From Macrostomum hystrix (Eukaryota > Animalia > Platyhelminthes): DNA of 64,000 nt. The position numbers and the translations under genes were made by a program. Position 1 is the first letter of the stretch. Each line of letters begins with the position of its first letter. Positions 61,968 through 64,000 of the stretch are shown here, piece after piece. The stretch spans positions 20,646,001 to 20,710,000 of the forward strand of contig CATNEN010000038.1 of the NCBI GenBank assembly GCA_950097015.1, written 5' to 3'. Under the pieces are notes generated by a model. It searched no databases, was not told the DNA's origin, and worked only from the letters and a program-made list of their open reading frames with translations.

Positions 61968-63567
61968 ATGTGCCTCACCTGTGGCGGCTGCTCAAGCGAG
62001 CGCACCCATCTAGACAGAGAGGCTGGAAATTTTGCCGAGTCGCGCAATCCCCTAGACAGGCGTCGGCAGTCACAATTGGCCTGCTCTGATTGGCCCTGGT
62101 GCTTGGTGTTTGCTGCCTTCCTCTGCGGCTTGTTGGTCATTGCCGGCTTTGCATTCAGCATGGGCGACAGCCAGCGTCTGTTCAGCCCGTTCGATTGCTA
62201 TGGTAACACCTGTGGCAGCAACAGGAATCCCCGTGTGCCCGGCGTGCCACTGAGCGGTAGGGACACTCGAGCTGAGCCCTACCTGTTTCATTTTAGCGAC
62301 CTGTTCGCTACTAACACCTTGTCCGTTTGTGTCAGCGCCTGTCCTCGGAGACCCATCGCTTCGCTTACTGAGCTTAAACAGGTTGGACATGCATTTCAGT
62401 TTTCTTAATTGGGTCTCAGATAGTCACTTATACTCGTAGCTGGTAATAATAATTGCAGGAGGGCTGTGGGCAATGGCACACCATTTGGGGACACTAGACC
62501 CACAGCCGACGAGAACGCAATTCTGCCTATTTCGCTGACTCCTGAGCACACACGCCCACGCAGGTGTCTTCATCTGCCCTGACTTTCTCATCGTCAGGCA
62601 GTGTACACTCTCACTGTGCCTTGGAGGTTGGCCCTCAATGACGTAAATTGCACGACAAGCCGCCAAGCCTTCTCTCCGCGGCTGCGCCCCAAATAAATGT
62701 GGCCTCGCCGTGGAATCGAGCCGTGGAAACTCGTTAGACCGCTCTGCCACTCACCCTCCTCTTTTAGCTAGTTTTTCGCGAGAGATCTGGAGTTCGAATC
62801 TCGGCCCAATTAATATTCTGTAGGTCTGATGTCCCGTTGTAAATTACACAATTACACAATTCCAATTGCCTCAGTTCAGAAAGCCGAAAAAAACTGCTTG
62901 TGGGTTTAGCAGCCTCCCCTGTCCACGGACTGAAACTTTTTTGGCAGTCCGTGGTCAAGTCCAGATCTTCCAAATCCTCATTACGGCGCTCAGGTTTTCA
63001 CTCGCGAAAATACCAGCTATTGCAAGTACGATTATCCGCTGCTGTTAGCCAACATATCGGCGCAGAACAAGTACACGGGACCGTGTCCGGAGACGCCAAT
63101 TAAGCCTATGGAGCCAGTTTTTGGACGCTGCATCACGGCTGGCATGCGAAACGGAATTTTGCCTAACGATTCGAGCAGCGGGTGTGTCTCTAAAATTTCT
63201 CTATGCTTTCTTCATAATCTCATCCTACTTCACTACTCAGACTATGAAAAAGAGTAGTATTTGAGAGATAATACTAATTATTTATTTTTTTCAGATGGAA
63301 ACTTAACAATATATACGGCTATTTAAATTTGACGCCTACATTTTCACTACTATTATCCGACCTGTACTCCGTCTGGTCCTTGCTGCTCTGCATGTTTGCG
63401 CTAAGCGGCCTCCTATCCGGCCTACTAGTGGCCGGGGTTCGAATCTTTCCTAAATTAGCCGGACACGCAATGCTGGCCGGCTGCGCCTGCCTGTGCAGCA
63501 GCGCCACCGCCCTGTTCTGGTGGGTGTTCTTCGATCAGAAGAGCCAATTAGACGCGAAGGAGGCCAG
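61968..63567 (+). CDS. SLC44: Choline transporter-like protein (SLC44/CTL family), 5' part; exons 61968-62381, 62994 to about 63182, 63295-63567; continues beyond the window
   Basis: ACSDWPWCLVF (cf. RxCTDxxWLxLF), GDSQRLFSPFDCYGNTCG, SVCVSACP, GPCPETPIKPMEPVFGRC, followed by TM segments; GT-AG junctions. Confidence 0.88.
62453..62757 (-). mobile_element. SINE family A copy (intronic)
   Basis: Matches 23281-23621 over most of its length; head partly deleted. Confidence 0.88.
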
Positions 63568-64000
63568 GTAGATATTGTACTTTGGTTTGGACCAAACTTC
63601 GTTAATATTTTGTGGTTACTTTTTACCGGCTTTACTTTCGTCTTCGGGAATATATCTAGCTTTTCATGATTTTCTTCGGGTTGTCTCGATTCTAGCAGGT
63701 TTGTCGTGATTTCTTTCCGGGTTAGTGTTATTTTTGGGTTGTCGTCCCGCCTAGCTTCAGGTCCTTCAGTTTTGGGCTAGTTTCCGGTCGAACTACGGAA
63801 TTGCTCCGGTTTTCATCCAGCCAAGGCTCCTGGCACTAAATCCGGAACAATATCCGGGTGATAAGCGGTGGTGACAATTTTGCTGATCCGGTTTTTTCAC
63901 GCATTTTTCCGGTTGTTCCTCGAGTTGAAAGCGGAATAAAAATGTTTAAAATTCAAATTTCAACCGGCGTGAATCTAGACTTTTTAGACACTTTTCCTGT

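Overview
Eukaryotic (animal) genomic DNA with GC-rich exons, AT-rich spacers and GT-AG introns. The gene content and minisatellite-filled introns suggest a lophotrochozoan, plausibly a free-living flatworm such as Macrostomum (inference). Most long ORFs in the supplied track are artefacts of tandem repeats. Genes reconstructed by hand, in order: the 3' end of an unknown gene; an ALG12 pseudogene; a 2-exon peptide-type GPCR; a 3-exon coiled-coil gene; an 8-exon non-alpha nicotinic-type subunit with the anion-selective Pro-Ala motif; a VPS10/sortilin-like receptor; an intronless divergent TRPV-like channel with an inverted pseudo-copy of its own 5' region; an intronless DEG/ENaC; AP-1/AP-2 beta adaptin; and the 5' part of an SLC44 transporter. 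Repeats: two tRNA-derived SINE families, three MITEs with clear target-site duplications, a decayed RNase H LINE and about 18 minisatellite arrays, 15 of them inside introns. Best new candidates: (1) a cluster of four box H/ACA snoRNA-like RNAs in one beta-adaptin intron, supported by compensatory base changes and with shuffled hairpins; (2) the intron-restricted minisatellite pattern, including a dispersed 12-mer-based family; (3) the TRPV-like locus enclosed by inverted repeat arms with a self-antisense fragment.
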